Below, in pieces: positions 11,380 to 20,619 of a stretch of 64,000 nucleotides of DNA (the stretch's first letter is position 1; each line of letters starts with the position of its first letter). The notes under the pieces are model-generated. The model was not told where the DNA came from. It worked only from the letters and a program-made list of their open reading frames with translations, and did not search any database. Source of the stretch: Rhodospirillaceae bacterium. Its GTDB lineage: Bacteria; Pseudomonadota; Alphaproteobacteria; MPNO01; UBA2964. The DNA lies in contig JAYQSM010000015.1 in assembly GCA_038146885.1 (NCBI GenBank), positions 288,660 through 352,659 on the forward strand, given 5' to 3'. Made by a program: the position numbers and the translations under genes.

Positions 11380-12117
11380 TTGGCGGAAGGTGGACACAGC
11401 CCCTTGGCACAGTTCCAAATAAAGGAACTTATTCCGTTGAACGTGGGCGAGACAAACATTGGATTCACAAATTCGGCAGCCTTCATGGTGGCAACCGTCG
11501 TTCTAATCGCTATTTTTTTGGTTCTCGGGATGCGAAAAGCGGCGGTCATTCCGGGCAGGTGGCAGTCCCTAGCAGAGATTTCTTTTGAATTCGTGGCGGG
11601 GTTACTAAAGGAAACAGTTGGGAGTGAGGGCAGGAAATATTTTCCTTTTGTATTTTCACTGTTTATGTTCATCCTCTTCGGAAATATGTTGGGGATGGTT
11701 CCCTACAGTTTCACTTTCACAAGTCATATAATCGTGACGTTCGCCATGGCGATTGTTGTGTTTATTGGTGTAACGATTCTAGGCTTTGTCCGGCATGGTT
11801 GGCATTTTTTCAGCTTCTTTGTGCCCCCTGGCGTGTCAATTGTGTTATGGCCTCTAATGATTCCGATTGAAATTATATCATATTTATCCAGGCCTGTGAG
11901 CCTGGGTGTCCGTCTCTTTGCCAACCTCACGGCAGGACATACTATGCTCAAGGTCTTCGCTGGCTTTGTCGTAAGCCTCGGAATTGTTGGCGGGATCTTG
12001 CCATTTGCATTTGTAATTGCTTTGACAGGACTGGAGTTGTTAATCGCATTCTTACAGGCCTATGTATTTACAATTCTCACCTGTTTTTACATTAATGATG
12101 CTATTCATCTGCACTAG
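11380..12117 (+). CDS. atpB: F0F1 ATP synthase subunit a
   Basis: 245 aa. It carries the conserved a-subunit motif (RPVSLGVRLFANLTAGH) with the essential Arg. Confidence 0.9.
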   Translation: MAEGGHSPLAQFQIKELIPLNVGETNIGFTNSAAFMVATVVLIAIFLVLGMRKAAVIPGRWQSLAEISFEFVAGLLKETVGSEGRKYFPFVFSLFMFILFGNMLGMVPYSFTFTSHIIVTFAMAIVVFIGVTILGFVRHGWHFFSFFVPPGVSIVLWPLMIPIEIISYLSRPVSLGVRLFANLTAGHTMLKVFAGFVVSLGIVGGILPFAFVIALTGLELLIAFLQAYVFTILTCFYINDAIHLH

Positions 12118-12140
12118 GTTTGTCGCCAAATAAAGCTAAA

Positions 12141-12165
12141 AAATATGCCAATAAAATATGCCAAT
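12141..12165 (+). repeat. tandem direct repeat, 2 x AAATATGCCAAT separated by 1 nt, in the atpB-atpE spacer
   Basis: AAATATGCCAAT occurs at 12141-12152 and again at 12154-12165. The atpE Shine-Dalgarno sequence (GGAAAGGAA) lies just downstream. Confidence 0.6.
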
Positions 12166-12183
12166 TAGGAAAGGAAAATTATC

Positions 12184-12411
12184 ATGGAAGCTGCTGCAGC
12201 GAAATTAATAGGGGCGGGTTTGGCCGCCATTGGCGTTATCGGCGCTGGTATAGGGATAGGGAATATCTTTGCAGCGTTCATATCGTCAGTGGCTCGTAAC
12301 CCAGCCGCGGCTCCCCACGTTACAGCAATGACTTGGATTGGGTTCGCTTTGGTTGAAGCAATCGCCCTTTATGCATTGGTTGTTGCACTTTTGTTGCTTT
12401 TCGTATTCTGA
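12184..12411 (+). CDS. atpE: F0F1 ATP synthase subunit c
   Basis: 75-aa hairpin proteolipid with a Gly-rich first helix (GAGIGIGNIFAA) and the conserved carboxylate in helix 2 (ALVEAIAL). Confidence 0.9.
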   Translation: MEAAAAKLIGAGLAAIGVIGAGIGIGNIFAAFISSVARNPAAAPHVTAMTWIGFALVEAIALYALVVALLLLFVF

Positions 12412-12416
12412 GGAAA

Positions 12417-12438
12417 ATGGCGGCAAACCTGCCGCCAT
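12417..12438 (+). promoter_or_regulatory. intercistronic stem-loop between atpE and atpF' (9-bp perfect stem, 4-nt loop)
   Basis: ATGGCGGCA-AACC-TGCCGCCAT lies immediately after the atpE stop codon. Only a weak T-tract follows (ATTT), so this looks like an attenuator or mRNA-stability element rather than a full terminator. Confidence 0.5.
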
Positions 12439-12459
12439 ATTTCAAAGGTTAATCGCCCA

Positions 12460-12954
12460 ATGCCTCAACTAGATTTTGCCACCTATCCGACGCAGCTCTT
12501 TTGGCTCGTTGTCACATTCGTAGCTCTGTATGTCCTTATGTGGAAAATTGTAATTCCGCGTATTTCAGGAGTTTTGGAAGACAGACAATCTAGGCGGGAA
12601 AACGACTTAGAAAAAGCTGAGACATTGCGATCTGAAGCCGAGGGCGTGCTTGCTGCCTATGAAAAAGCAATGGCTGATGGCCGGTCAACGGCACAAAAGA
12701 TTCTTTTGGATGCCGCGAGCAAAATTTCTCAAAATCAGGCCCTCCGAGAAGCAGAAAGCGCTGAGCGTCTTAGTGCAAAAATCGCAGAAGCGGAGGAAAG
12801 AATTCTAGAAGCTCGGAACAAAGCAATGCTGGATCTTGAGCCTCTAGCTGCAGAGCTAGCCCAAGCCACAGCCTCAAAGTTGTCTGGCTCAAATATTTCC
12901 CAAGAAAGTGCTACATCGGCGGTCCAGACGACACTTAGAGATATGAATCCATGA
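12460..12954 (+). CDS. F0F1 ATP synthase subunit b' (second b-type subunit)
   Basis: 164 aa. An N-terminal transmembrane helix is followed by a long Ala/Glu-rich coiled coil. It overlaps the following b subunit gene by 4 nt. Confidence 0.8.
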   Translation: MPQLDFATYPTQLFWLVVTFVALYVLMWKIVIPRISGVLEDRQSRRENDLEKAETLRSEAEGVLAAYEKAMADGRSTAQKILLDAASKISQNQALREAESAERLSAKIAEAEERILEARNKAMLDLEPLAAELAQATASKLSGSNISQESATSAVQTTLRDMNP

Positions 12955-13442
12955 CAAACCACGTAGAAACTCCGGAATTTTGGGTTGCGGTGGGCTTTCT
13001 TGTATTGATGGTGATACTTTATCGACCGGCGCTGCGGTTCATTTTAGCGGGCCTTGACGGGCGTGCAGATAAAATCCGATCCGATCTTGAAGAAGCGCAG
13101 AAGTTGAAGGACGAAGCGCAACATCTGTTAGCCGATTATCAGAGAAAACAGCGTGACGCCGCAAAGGAAATCGAGGGGCTTGTCGCGGCTGCTCGGAAAG
13201 AGGCTGACACCCTGCAAAAACGAGCTAAAGAGCATCTCGAAGCCTCTTTAGAAAGACGTGAACGATTGGCAGAGGAAAAAATATCCCAAGCAGAAGCAGA
13301 TGCCGTTGCCACGGTTAGAAATGCAGCGGTCGATATAGCGATAAGCGCGACCGCCAAATTGCTTGGCGAAGGCCTCGAAGAACAAGAGGCGAATAGATTG
13401 ATTGACTCCGCAATAACGGATCTTCCGCAAAAATTGCAATAA
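12951..13442 (+). CDS. atpF: F0F1 ATP synthase subunit b
   Basis: 163 aa. Single N-terminal transmembrane helix plus coiled coil. Last gene of the F0 operon. Confidence 0.8.
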   Translation: MTNHVETPEFWVAVGFLVLMVILYRPALRFILAGLDGRADKIRSDLEEAQKLKDEAQHLLADYQRKQRDAAKEIEGLVAAARKEADTLQKRAKEHLEASLERRERLAEEKISQAEADAVATVRNAAVDIAISATAKLLGEGLEEQEANRLIDSAITDLPQKLQ

Positions 13443-13453
13443 AGTCAGCCACC

Positions 13454-13486
13454 GGGAATTAGACAGCTCAGGAAATTCCCTTTTCT
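13454..13486 (+). terminator. candidate rho-independent terminator after atpF (possibly bidirectional)
   Basis: GGGAATT, a 13-nt loop, then AATTCCC followed by TTTTCT. It sits between atpF and the convergent lipoprotein gene. Confidence 0.45.
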
Positions 13487-13496
13487 ACACCCAGAA

Positions 13497-14039
13497 TTAA
13501 TTTTTGTGACGCCCAGCATTGACTTGCTCCGGTCCTAGGTCATAGCCAATAAAAATGGGGTATTCATATGCCGAAGAACCCTTAGAAATCGGGATTCTCA
13601 CAGATATCTCCTCAACTACTCTCCGATCCTGTTCTCCTTTGTCGAAATCAACTGTCACAAGGAAAACACGTTTTCCGGCCGGTTCTGGATGGAATTTTGG
13701 GATAGCAACAAAATACCCAAACTTTACCCTCAATTTTCTATCAAATTTATTCCTGACTATTTTGAAACTTATAGCCAGAGACAAGTCTATTTCAACTTTG
13801 CCACTAGGATAGACACAGGTACCCTTGATATCGACGATCTCGCCCTTTATCTGATCATCCTTGTCCCCTTTACCAATCTTTTCACTGAAAGATCGGGCTT
13901 GATCTACAATTGTAACCACAGGACATGGTAGAGGTTTCTTATTCTCAAAAACTCCCTGACAACCGCCGAGAAGACCCACGACGACCAAAAGGGCCAGATG
14001 ACAAATTATTTTTGCGCGGAGACGTCGAAAAAGTTCCAT
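13497..14039 (-). CDS. hypothetical lipoprotein
   Basis: Start taken at the internal Met (MELFRRLRAKIICHLALLVVVGLLGGC), which gives a signal peptide with an LLGGC lipobox. I did not recognise a family. The longer ORF, up to 14165, would overlap ispH. Confidence 0.5.
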   Translation of the reverse strand: MELFRRLRAKIICHLALLVVVGLLGGCQGVFENKKPLPCPVVTIVDQARSFSEKIGKGDKDDQIKGEIVDIKGTCVYPSGKVEIDLSLAISFKIVRNKFDRKLRVKFGYFVAIPKFHPEPAGKRVFLVTVDFDKGEQDRRVVEEISVRIPISKGSSAYEYPIFIGYDLGPEQVNAGRHKN

Positions 14040-14104
14040 TAACATAAAGACCCAATATCTTGTATATCTAAAAGCTGACATGAAGTGCACAGAGTGTTGA
14101 GTTT

Positions 14105-15109
14105 TTGACGTCAAGAACCCATAGTACGGCAGAAAGAAGTCGGAGCCAATATTTGACAAAAGCACCCCTTAAACTCCTACTGGCAGAACCGCGCGGCTTT
14201 TGTGCTGGTGTGGATAGAGCTATAGCTACCGTAGAAAGCGCTTTAAAAAGATTCGGTCCCCCAATCTACATTCGACATGAGATTGTCCATAATCGTCATG
14301 TTGTCGATGAGCTCAAAAAAAAGGGCGCCATTTTTGTCGATGAATTATCAGAGGTTCCCGATGGCTTCCCAGTCATTTTCTCTGCGCATGGTGTGCCTAA
14401 ATCTGTCTTTAGAGACGCACAGAAAAGGGATATGCATTACATTGATGCAACCTGTCCGCTGGTTACCAAGGTTCATGTGGATGCACAGAGACACGAAAAG
14501 CAGGGAAAGACGGTCATTTTAATCGGGCACGCTGGACATCCAGAAGTAACCGGTACGCTCGGACAGCTCTCAGATGACGAGATGATCCTAGTTGAGAACC
14601 AGGAGCAGGCTCAGACCATTGAATTACCATCTTCAGACCAATTATCCTTTGTCACCCAGACCACATTATCTATTGATGACACTCAAGAGATTATAGAGAC
14701 GCTTAAGAGGCGATTTCCTCTAATACAAGCCCCCCGAACCGAGGACATTTGTTACGCTACAACCAATCGCCAGGCCGCCGTCAAGGAAATCGCGAATATG
14801 TGTGACGGCCTCATTGTTCTTGGTGCCCCCAATTCATCTAACTCCAATCGTCTAGCTGAAGTCGCTCGGGATCATGGTTGCCCCAAATCAATACTGATTC
14901 AAGAAGCATCGGAACTAGACCCCAATTGGCTAACAGATATGAAAACCATTGGGGTAACGGCCGGTGCATCTGCCCCTGAAATCCTTGTCCTAGAACTCAT
15001 CCAATGGTTGAAAAACCGATTTATTCTTGAAATAGAAAATGTAAAATCTGCATCTGAAGATATACGTTTTTCTCTTCCCAGCAGTCTCAGTGAGGGAATT
15101 TCAAAGTAA
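14105..15109 (+). CDS. ispH: 4-hydroxy-3-methylbut-2-enyl diphosphate reductase
   Basis: LLAEPRGFCAGVDRAI, the N-terminal Cys-loop motif, plus overall length. The start is uncertain, since there is no ATG close to the conserved N-terminus. Confidence 0.85.
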   Translation: MTSRTHSTAERSRSQYLTKAPLKLLLAEPRGFCAGVDRAIATVESALKRFGPPIYIRHEIVHNRHVVDELKKKGAIFVDELSEVPDGFPVIFSAHGVPKSVFRDAQKRDMHYIDATCPLVTKVHVDAQRHEKQGKTVILIGHAGHPEVTGTLGQLSDDEMILVENQEQAQTIELPSSDQLSFVTQTTLSIDDTQEIIETLKRRFPLIQAPRTEDICYATTNRQAAVKEIANMCDGLIVLGAPNSSNSNRLAEVARDHGCPKSILIQEASELDPNWLTDMKTIGVTAGASAPEILVLELIQWLKNRFILEIENVKSASEDIRFSLPSSLSEGISK

Positions 15110-15115
15110 ACTTAG

Positions 15116-16084
15116 ATGGCAGTTTACACAGAAATATCAGATGAAGACCTTAGAACTTTTGTTTCCGAGTATTCGATTGGAGAAGTAACATCCTATAAGG
15201 GTATTGCCGAGGGCGTCGAGAATTCAAATTATCTCCTGAAAACAACATGCGGAGATTTCATTCTTACACTTTACGAAAAACGGGTGGATCCGACTGATCT
15301 CCCTTTTTTTATAAGTCTTATGGACTTTTTAGCAGAACAGAAATTTCCTGCTCCTATACCGATCCATGATAAAAATGGTGTTGCATTAAATCAACTTTCC
15401 GGCAAACCCGCGGCAATTTGCACTTTCCTCGATGGGATGTGGCCCAAAGTGATTACACCCGAACATTGCAAACAACTGGGAAAAACCGCTGCTAAACTCC
15501 ACATAGCGACCAGACACTTTAGCCTATCACGTAAAAACTCGCTAAGCCTCGAAGGCTGGTCCAATCTAGCAGAAGCAACCCTTTCGCGGGCCGATGAAAT
15601 CCAACCTCAACTAGCCAATGCTATTGAGAGAGAACTCCAATATTTGAATGACACATGGCCTGTGGACCTTCCGGCAGGGATCATCCATGCGGATATGTTC
15701 CCCGATAATGTGTTTTTTAAGAATGGGCAGATTTCCGGTCTCATAGACTTTTATTTTGCATGCCAAGACACCCTCGCGTACGACCTAGCTATATGTATAA
15801 ATGCTTGGTGCTTTGATATTGACTGTAACTATAGACCGGACTGCGGCGCAGCCCTAATTGATGGTTACAATGCTGAGCGAACTTTAAGTCATAAAGAAAT
15901 ACAGGCACTGCCCATTCTTTGTAGAGGTGCCTCTATAAGGTTTCTATTAACCCGACTCTACGATTTTTTAAATCAAATCCCTGGTGCCTTAGTCAAACCT
16001 AAAAATCCTTTAGACTATTTTCTTAGACTGTCTTTTCATCAAAAAATCACAAAAACTGAGCAATATCGCCGGTTGTATCAATGA
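15116..16084 (+). CDS. thrB: homoserine kinase (APH-family, ThrB type II)
   Basis: 322 aa with a phosphotransferase fold ([11 protein letters not shown] catalytic loop). It is the type found as thrB in alphaproteobacteria. Confidence 0.75.
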   Translation: MAVYTEISDEDLRTFVSEYSIGEVTSYKGIAEGVENSNYLLKTTCGDFILTLYEKRVDPTDLPFFISLMDFLAEQKFPAPIPIHDKNGVALNQLSGKPAAICTFLDGMWPKVITPEHCKQLGKTAAKLHIATRHFSLSRKNSLSLEGWSNLAEATLSRADEIQPQLANAIERELQYLNDTWPVDLPAGIIHADMFPDNVFFKNGQISGLIDFYFACQDTLAYDLAICINAWCFDIDCNYRPDCGAALIDGYNAERTLSHKEIQALPILCRGASIRFLLTRLYDFLNQIPGALVKPKNPLDYFLRLSFHQKITKTEQYRRLYQ

Positions 16085-16539
16085 ACCAAGAACCCAAGGC
16101 TGAACTAGAAATCTACACGGATGGAGCATGCTCTGGCAATCCGGGTCCCGGTGGATGGGGAGCACTCCTGCGCTGGCAGGATACAGAAAAAGAGATTTGG
16201 GGCGGAGAGGCCAACACCACAAATAACCGGATGGAGTTAACAGCAGCGATAATGGCCCTGGAAAGCCTAAAGCGGCCCGTTGAAATAGCGCTCTATACTG
16301 ATAGCATCTATCTGAAAGACGGGATAACCAAGTGGATAACCCTCTGGAAAGCTCGCAATTGGAGAACAGCTGGAAAAAAACCGGTAAAAAACGTTGACCT
16401 TTGGAAACGGTTAGATCAAAAAATCTCCCTGCATAAAGTAGAATGGCATTGGGTTAAAGGCCATTCTGGCCATCCTGATAATGAAAAGGCAGACACCCTT
16501 GCCAGACGAGGTCTCGAAGAAATACGTCCTCCCGCCTAA
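16081..16539 (+). CDS. rnhA: ribonuclease HI
   Basis: 152 aa with the signature [17 protein letters not shown]...[11 protein letters not shown]. There is a 4-nt overlap with thrB (ATGA). Confidence 0.9.
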   Translation: MNQEPKAELEIYTDGACSGNPGPGGWGALLRWQDTEKEIWGGEANTTNNRMELTAAIMALESLKRPVEIALYTDSIYLKDGITKWITLWKARNWRTAGKKPVKNVDLWKRLDQKISLHKVEWHWVKGHSGHPDNEKADTLARRGLEEIRPPA

Positions 16540-16574
16540 TAGCACAAATTGTGATTAAGACCTCCTCTGGCGGT

Positions 16575-18737
16575 CTATTTCATAGAAACGAGTGCATCTA
16601 AGACCGCAGACTCGGTCAAGACCTCGGGTAAAATCAGACCTCTCGGAAATTTCGGTCCAAAAACAATATTAAAGGGAATTCCATACCGACCATATCTTTT
16701 CAAGAATTCCGCAATGATGGGGTCTGCGCGAGTCCAATCCGCCTGCATAGGTATGACTCCTCCGGTGTTTAGCCTCTCTGACACATCTTTGCTTTCAAGA
16801 ACCAGGTGTTTGTTCGCTTTACACGTAATACACCAATCCGCCGTTACATCCACAAATACGACCCTACCACTCGCCACGATTGCAGTTATTGAACCTGGTC
16901 GAAACTGTTGCCAAGTAATATTAGAGGCTTTCGGGCTCTTTAGGAGATCATTAAAATGAGGACTGCCTGCCAAAAAGCCTATCACGATACTTGTCGCGAG
17001 AACTGCGGCTGCCATTTTAAATGCTCGCCAATAAATAAACATTCCGGCCACCGCAACGGTGATCACAGACAAACCCATCAACAAAGAACGATACTCGACT
17101 TGAACCATAATTATCGATAGGAGCCAGAGGGCGGTGACAAACAAACCTAAAGCTAGGAACCTTTTAAAGATTATCATCCATGGACCTGGCCTCGGCATGA
17201 TACCGACCAGCGACGGAAACCCCGAGACCAGGAGATAAGGTAACGAAAAACCAATTCCTATCAGGAGAAAAATTCCAAAGATCTGAAAGCCGCTGCTTCC
17301 CATTGCAAAACCAACCGCAGTACCCAGAAACGGTGCCGAACAGGGTGTTGCCAATAACGTTGCAAATGCCCCAGTAAAGAAGTGGTTCAAGAAATGATTA
17401 TTAAACACCAATCCAGTTGCAGGCCGCTGAATAAATCCTGGTAAGCTGAAAGCAAAAAATCCCCAGGTGTTAGCAGCAAACAACAAGATAACTGCCATTA
17501 GGAAGGACAGGAACAGGGGTTGTTGGAACTGGATTCCCCAACCAATGACCTGACCTGCCTGTTTCAGGCTAAAAACTACCGCCGCCAAAACCAGAAATGA
17601 GAACCATATACCACATGCCGTAGCCAAAAATCCTCGCCGAACCTTAACCCGTTCAGTTCCCGTTAAACGAATTACGGATAAAAGTTTGAGAGAAAGGACA
17701 GGTAAAACGCACGGCATGAAGTTTAAAATCAGCCCACCCAACAAGGCGAGTCCTATGAAGAGTAATTTGGAGAAAATATCTGCTCTTGCTGACTTGGTAT
17801 ACTGTTGGTCATCTGGCCGAAGGTGGTTGGTCTTAATTGTTAAGTTTTTTTCAATAGCGCGGCCGCCATCACTCAACGTCAATATTACTTCTTGTCCAAT
17901 AAGTTGGTTGACTCGGCCTTTTGAATTAATAGGACCTTGAACTTTAGTTCTAAAAATTGCGGTTTGACCGCCCTCAAGAATTTCAACTTTTGGGATATCA
18001 AAAATAAAACCGTTGGAATTCTCGATAAAAATATCCGGATTTAAGAATCGACTTCTTTTCCTAGCTTCAATTCTAAGCGTAGCCTGGCCACCAGCACTCG
18101 CAATATCAGCCGATATTATTTCTAAATTATCAAAGTTCCCCTTCCAAGGTATCCTGCCCAGATAAGTCTCTATTACGGCCTGTTCCGGAGTGAATTTCTT
18201 CTGACCTGGGAGCAATAATAAAGAGAGCTTTGCCTCATGCGGGACGCAAATGAGATTACAGGTCAAAAACGGAATTTTGGCCTTTATGGAAACAGCGCGT
18301 GACGGATCTGGAATATCCGCATGGGTCAGCAAAACCACCTCTTTTTGATACCCAATCGTCTCAAGCCCTATCACAGAAAATCGTTCGGGGATCGGCCATA
18401 AAATCTCTGAAAATAGAACATTACGCGATCCCGTCCAATTCGGATTGGGCGGAAATCCCGCCGCGCCTGGACTCCTCCAGTATATCTTCCAACCGGACTT
18501 CATTTTGAAATGAAGACCGACAATCAGCTTTCTTTTTTCACCTACACTCTCTAGGTCTGTAATAAGCCGCGCTTCCCCTTGTTCGTATAGAAACAAGTTT
18601 CCCTTAGATGAAAAAGCTTTTGAGCTTGCTGCTAGAAAACAGCATAAAAACATTGACAGACAAATTATCAGTCTTAGAGAATATCCCATATCATCATACG
18701 GTTTTTTCTTTTTTCCCGGGTTGGTTTTAGACTGCAT
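16575..18737 (-). CDS. dsbD: thiol:disulfide interchange protein DsbD (long form with DsbD N-terminal domain)
   Basis: A central multi-helix membrane domain and a C-terminal thioredoxin domain (WCITCKANK) are present. The N-terminal periplasmic domain is also present. The true start may be the internal Met (MGYSL...). Confidence 0.8.
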   Translation of the reverse strand: MQSKTNPGKKKKPYDDMGYSLRLIICLSMFLCCFLAASSKAFSSKGNLFLYEQGEARLITDLESVGEKRKLIVGLHFKMKSGWKIYWRSPGAAGFPPNPNWTGSRNVLFSEILWPIPERFSVIGLETIGYQKEVVLLTHADIPDPSRAVSIKAKIPFLTCNLICVPHEAKLSLLLLPGQKKFTPEQAVIETYLGRIPWKGNFDNLEIISADIASAGGQATLRIEARKRSRFLNPDIFIENSNGFIFDIPKVEILEGGQTAIFRTKVQGPINSKGRVNQLIGQEVILTLSDGGRAIEKNLTIKTNHLRPDDQQYTKSARADIFSKLLFIGLALLGGLILNFMPCVLPVLSLKLLSVIRLTGTERVKVRRGFLATACGIWFSFLVLAAVVFSLKQAGQVIGWGIQFQQPLFLSFLMAVILLFAANTWGFFAFSLPGFIQRPATGLVFNNHFLNHFFTGAFATLLATPCSAPFLGTAVGFAMGSSGFQIFGIFLLIGIGFSLPYLLVSGFPSLVGIMPRPGPWMIIFKRFLALGLFVTALWLLSIIMVQVEYRSLLMGLSVITVAVAGMFIYWRAFKMAAAVLATSIVIGFLAGSPHFNDLLKSPKASNITWQQFRPGSITAIVASGRVVFVDVTADWCITCKANKHLVLESKDVSERLNTGGVIPMQADWTRADPIIAEFLKRYGRYGIPFNIVFGPKFPRGLILPEVLTESAVLDALVSMK

Positions 18738-18769
18738 CTTGATAAATTAATAAAGAAAAATGAAGATTA

Positions 18770-19360
18770 TTGATGATGACGTCCGAAAGCAATAAAACTG
18801 ACAAATCCGGCTATTTGACTGGCCAGCTTCTAATTGCCATGCCTCAAATGGAAGACCCGCGATTTGCAAGAACCGTCATCTATTTGTGTGCCCATACCGC
18901 TGACGGTGCCATGGGCCTTGTATTAAATAAAATAACCGATTCGATCGATTTTTCGGAATTGCTCAACCAGCTCCGCCTATCACCCGGTTCGGAAACAGAT
19001 GATATTCGTGTTCATTTTGGTGGCCCGGTTGAAACCGGAAGAGGATTTGTGCTTCATTCCGCAGATTTCAGGGAAGAAGCATCACTTGTCATCGAAAACA
19101 CAATCGCTTTAACAGCCACCGTGGATATTTTGCGCGCTATTGCGACAGGCAAAGGACCTGAGCATAGCCTTTTTGCGTTGGGGTACGCGGGCTGGGGACC
19201 TGGGCAACTAGATTCCGAGATCCAGTCAAATGGGTGGCTGAACGCCCCAGCAGACTTAGATATCATATTTGGTCCGGAGATTGACACAAAATGGATGTCC
19301 GCTCTGACAAAACTCGGAATCGATGTAAGCATGTTATCTGCTAGTGCTGGTCATGCTTGA
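18770..19360 (+). CDS. YqgE/AlgH family protein (UPF0301)
   Basis: 196 aa. [25 protein letters not shown] is the family signature. Confidence 0.8.
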   Translation: MMMTSESNKTDKSGYLTGQLLIAMPQMEDPRFARTVIYLCAHTADGAMGLVLNKITDSIDFSELLNQLRLSPGSETDDIRVHFGGPVETGRGFVLHSADFREEASLVIENTIALTATVDILRAIATGKGPEHSLFALGYAGWGPGQLDSEIQSNGWLNAPADLDIIFGPEIDTKWMSALTKLGIDVSMLSASAGHA

Positions 19361-19399
19361 ACTGATACTGTTCTCCCATATTTAGGCTACGCCGATAAA

Positions 19400-20618
19400 T
19401 CATGTCCGTGGGCCAACCATGGCTAAGGTAGGATTGGATTTCAGCATCCGGCCTACAGCTTCAAGAACACCGGCCTCGGATACGTCATCAATCCGCTTTA
19501 TAACCGAATCTACAGGGATTACCTCCCCATAGAGCAAAATATCGCGTGCAAGCCGCTCCGCTCGGGAAGTTGTGCTCTCAAGAGAAAGCAAAACCCCTGC
19601 CCTCATTTGAGCTTTTGCGCGTTCTAATTCCGGTTTACCAACACCCTCCAAGATCTGTTCGATTTCGCCGATTAACTTTGCTATCAATTTCTCCGTATTA
19701 TTTGGGCTCGTCCCCGCATAGAATCCAACGATTCCGGTATCCTCATAGCAAGAGGTAAACCCATATATAGAATACGCGAGCCCAAGATTTTCTCTGATTT
19801 CCTGGAACAATCTCGAAGACATGCCACCACCAAGAATCATGGAGACAACGCTAGCATCATAGCGCCAAGGATCTCTCGATCCCGGACCTAAATACCCCAC
19901 GACCAAGTGAGCCTGTTCAGAGTTTCGAACCTGATGAAGTGTTCCACCCTGATAGCGCGCCTCCTCCGGCCGACAGTTGACTCCTAAGGACAAGCCTTCA
20001 AATGCAGTATCAACCAACCCTGCGAAAACCGCGTGGTCCACTTTACCAGCTGCCGCCACTACCATGCGGCTAGCCCCATAGTGCTGCCCCATATGATTAA
20101 CAAGACTCTCTCGCCCTATAGAGGCGACGATTTCAGTAGTGCCCATTATCGGTCTGCCCAATGGTTGACCCGGATAGGCCAATTCCTGAAAAATTTCGAA
20201 TACACATTCCTCCGGCGAATCCCTATTTTGAGCAATTTCCTGAATAATTACTTCACGTTCACGTTCTAACTCTTCTGGATCGAATGACGAATTGAGCAAA
20301 ATATCGCCGATAATCTCGAGCGCGATCCCGATGTCCTCCTTCATCACTGTCGCGTGGTAGGCCGTTACTTCGCTCGAGGTGTAAGCGTTAATGATACCTC
20401 CCACGGACTCGATTTCTTCCGCTATTTGCCGCGCACTTCTTCGATAGGTACCTTTGAAAGCCATGTGCTCTAACATGTGAGAAACCCCGTTTAGAGACTC
20501 GGATTCATGGCGCGACCCAACATTGACCCAGACCCCCAGGGATACAGTCTCAACAGAACTCCATTTCGTCAGTAACAATGGTTAACCCATTCCTCAGGAT
20601 ATCACTGCGAACAACCAC
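19400..20618 (-). CDS. M16-family zinc peptidase (pitrilysin/processing-peptidase-like), N-terminus displaced by a 1-nt frameshift near 20553-20560
   Basis: HxxEH zinc motif (HMLEHMAFKGT). The conserved N-terminus (RNGLTIVTDEME...) is encoded in another frame from the GTG at 20618 and stops at 20550. The main ORF resumes at 20578. Confidence 0.75.
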
Positions 20619-20619
20619 G

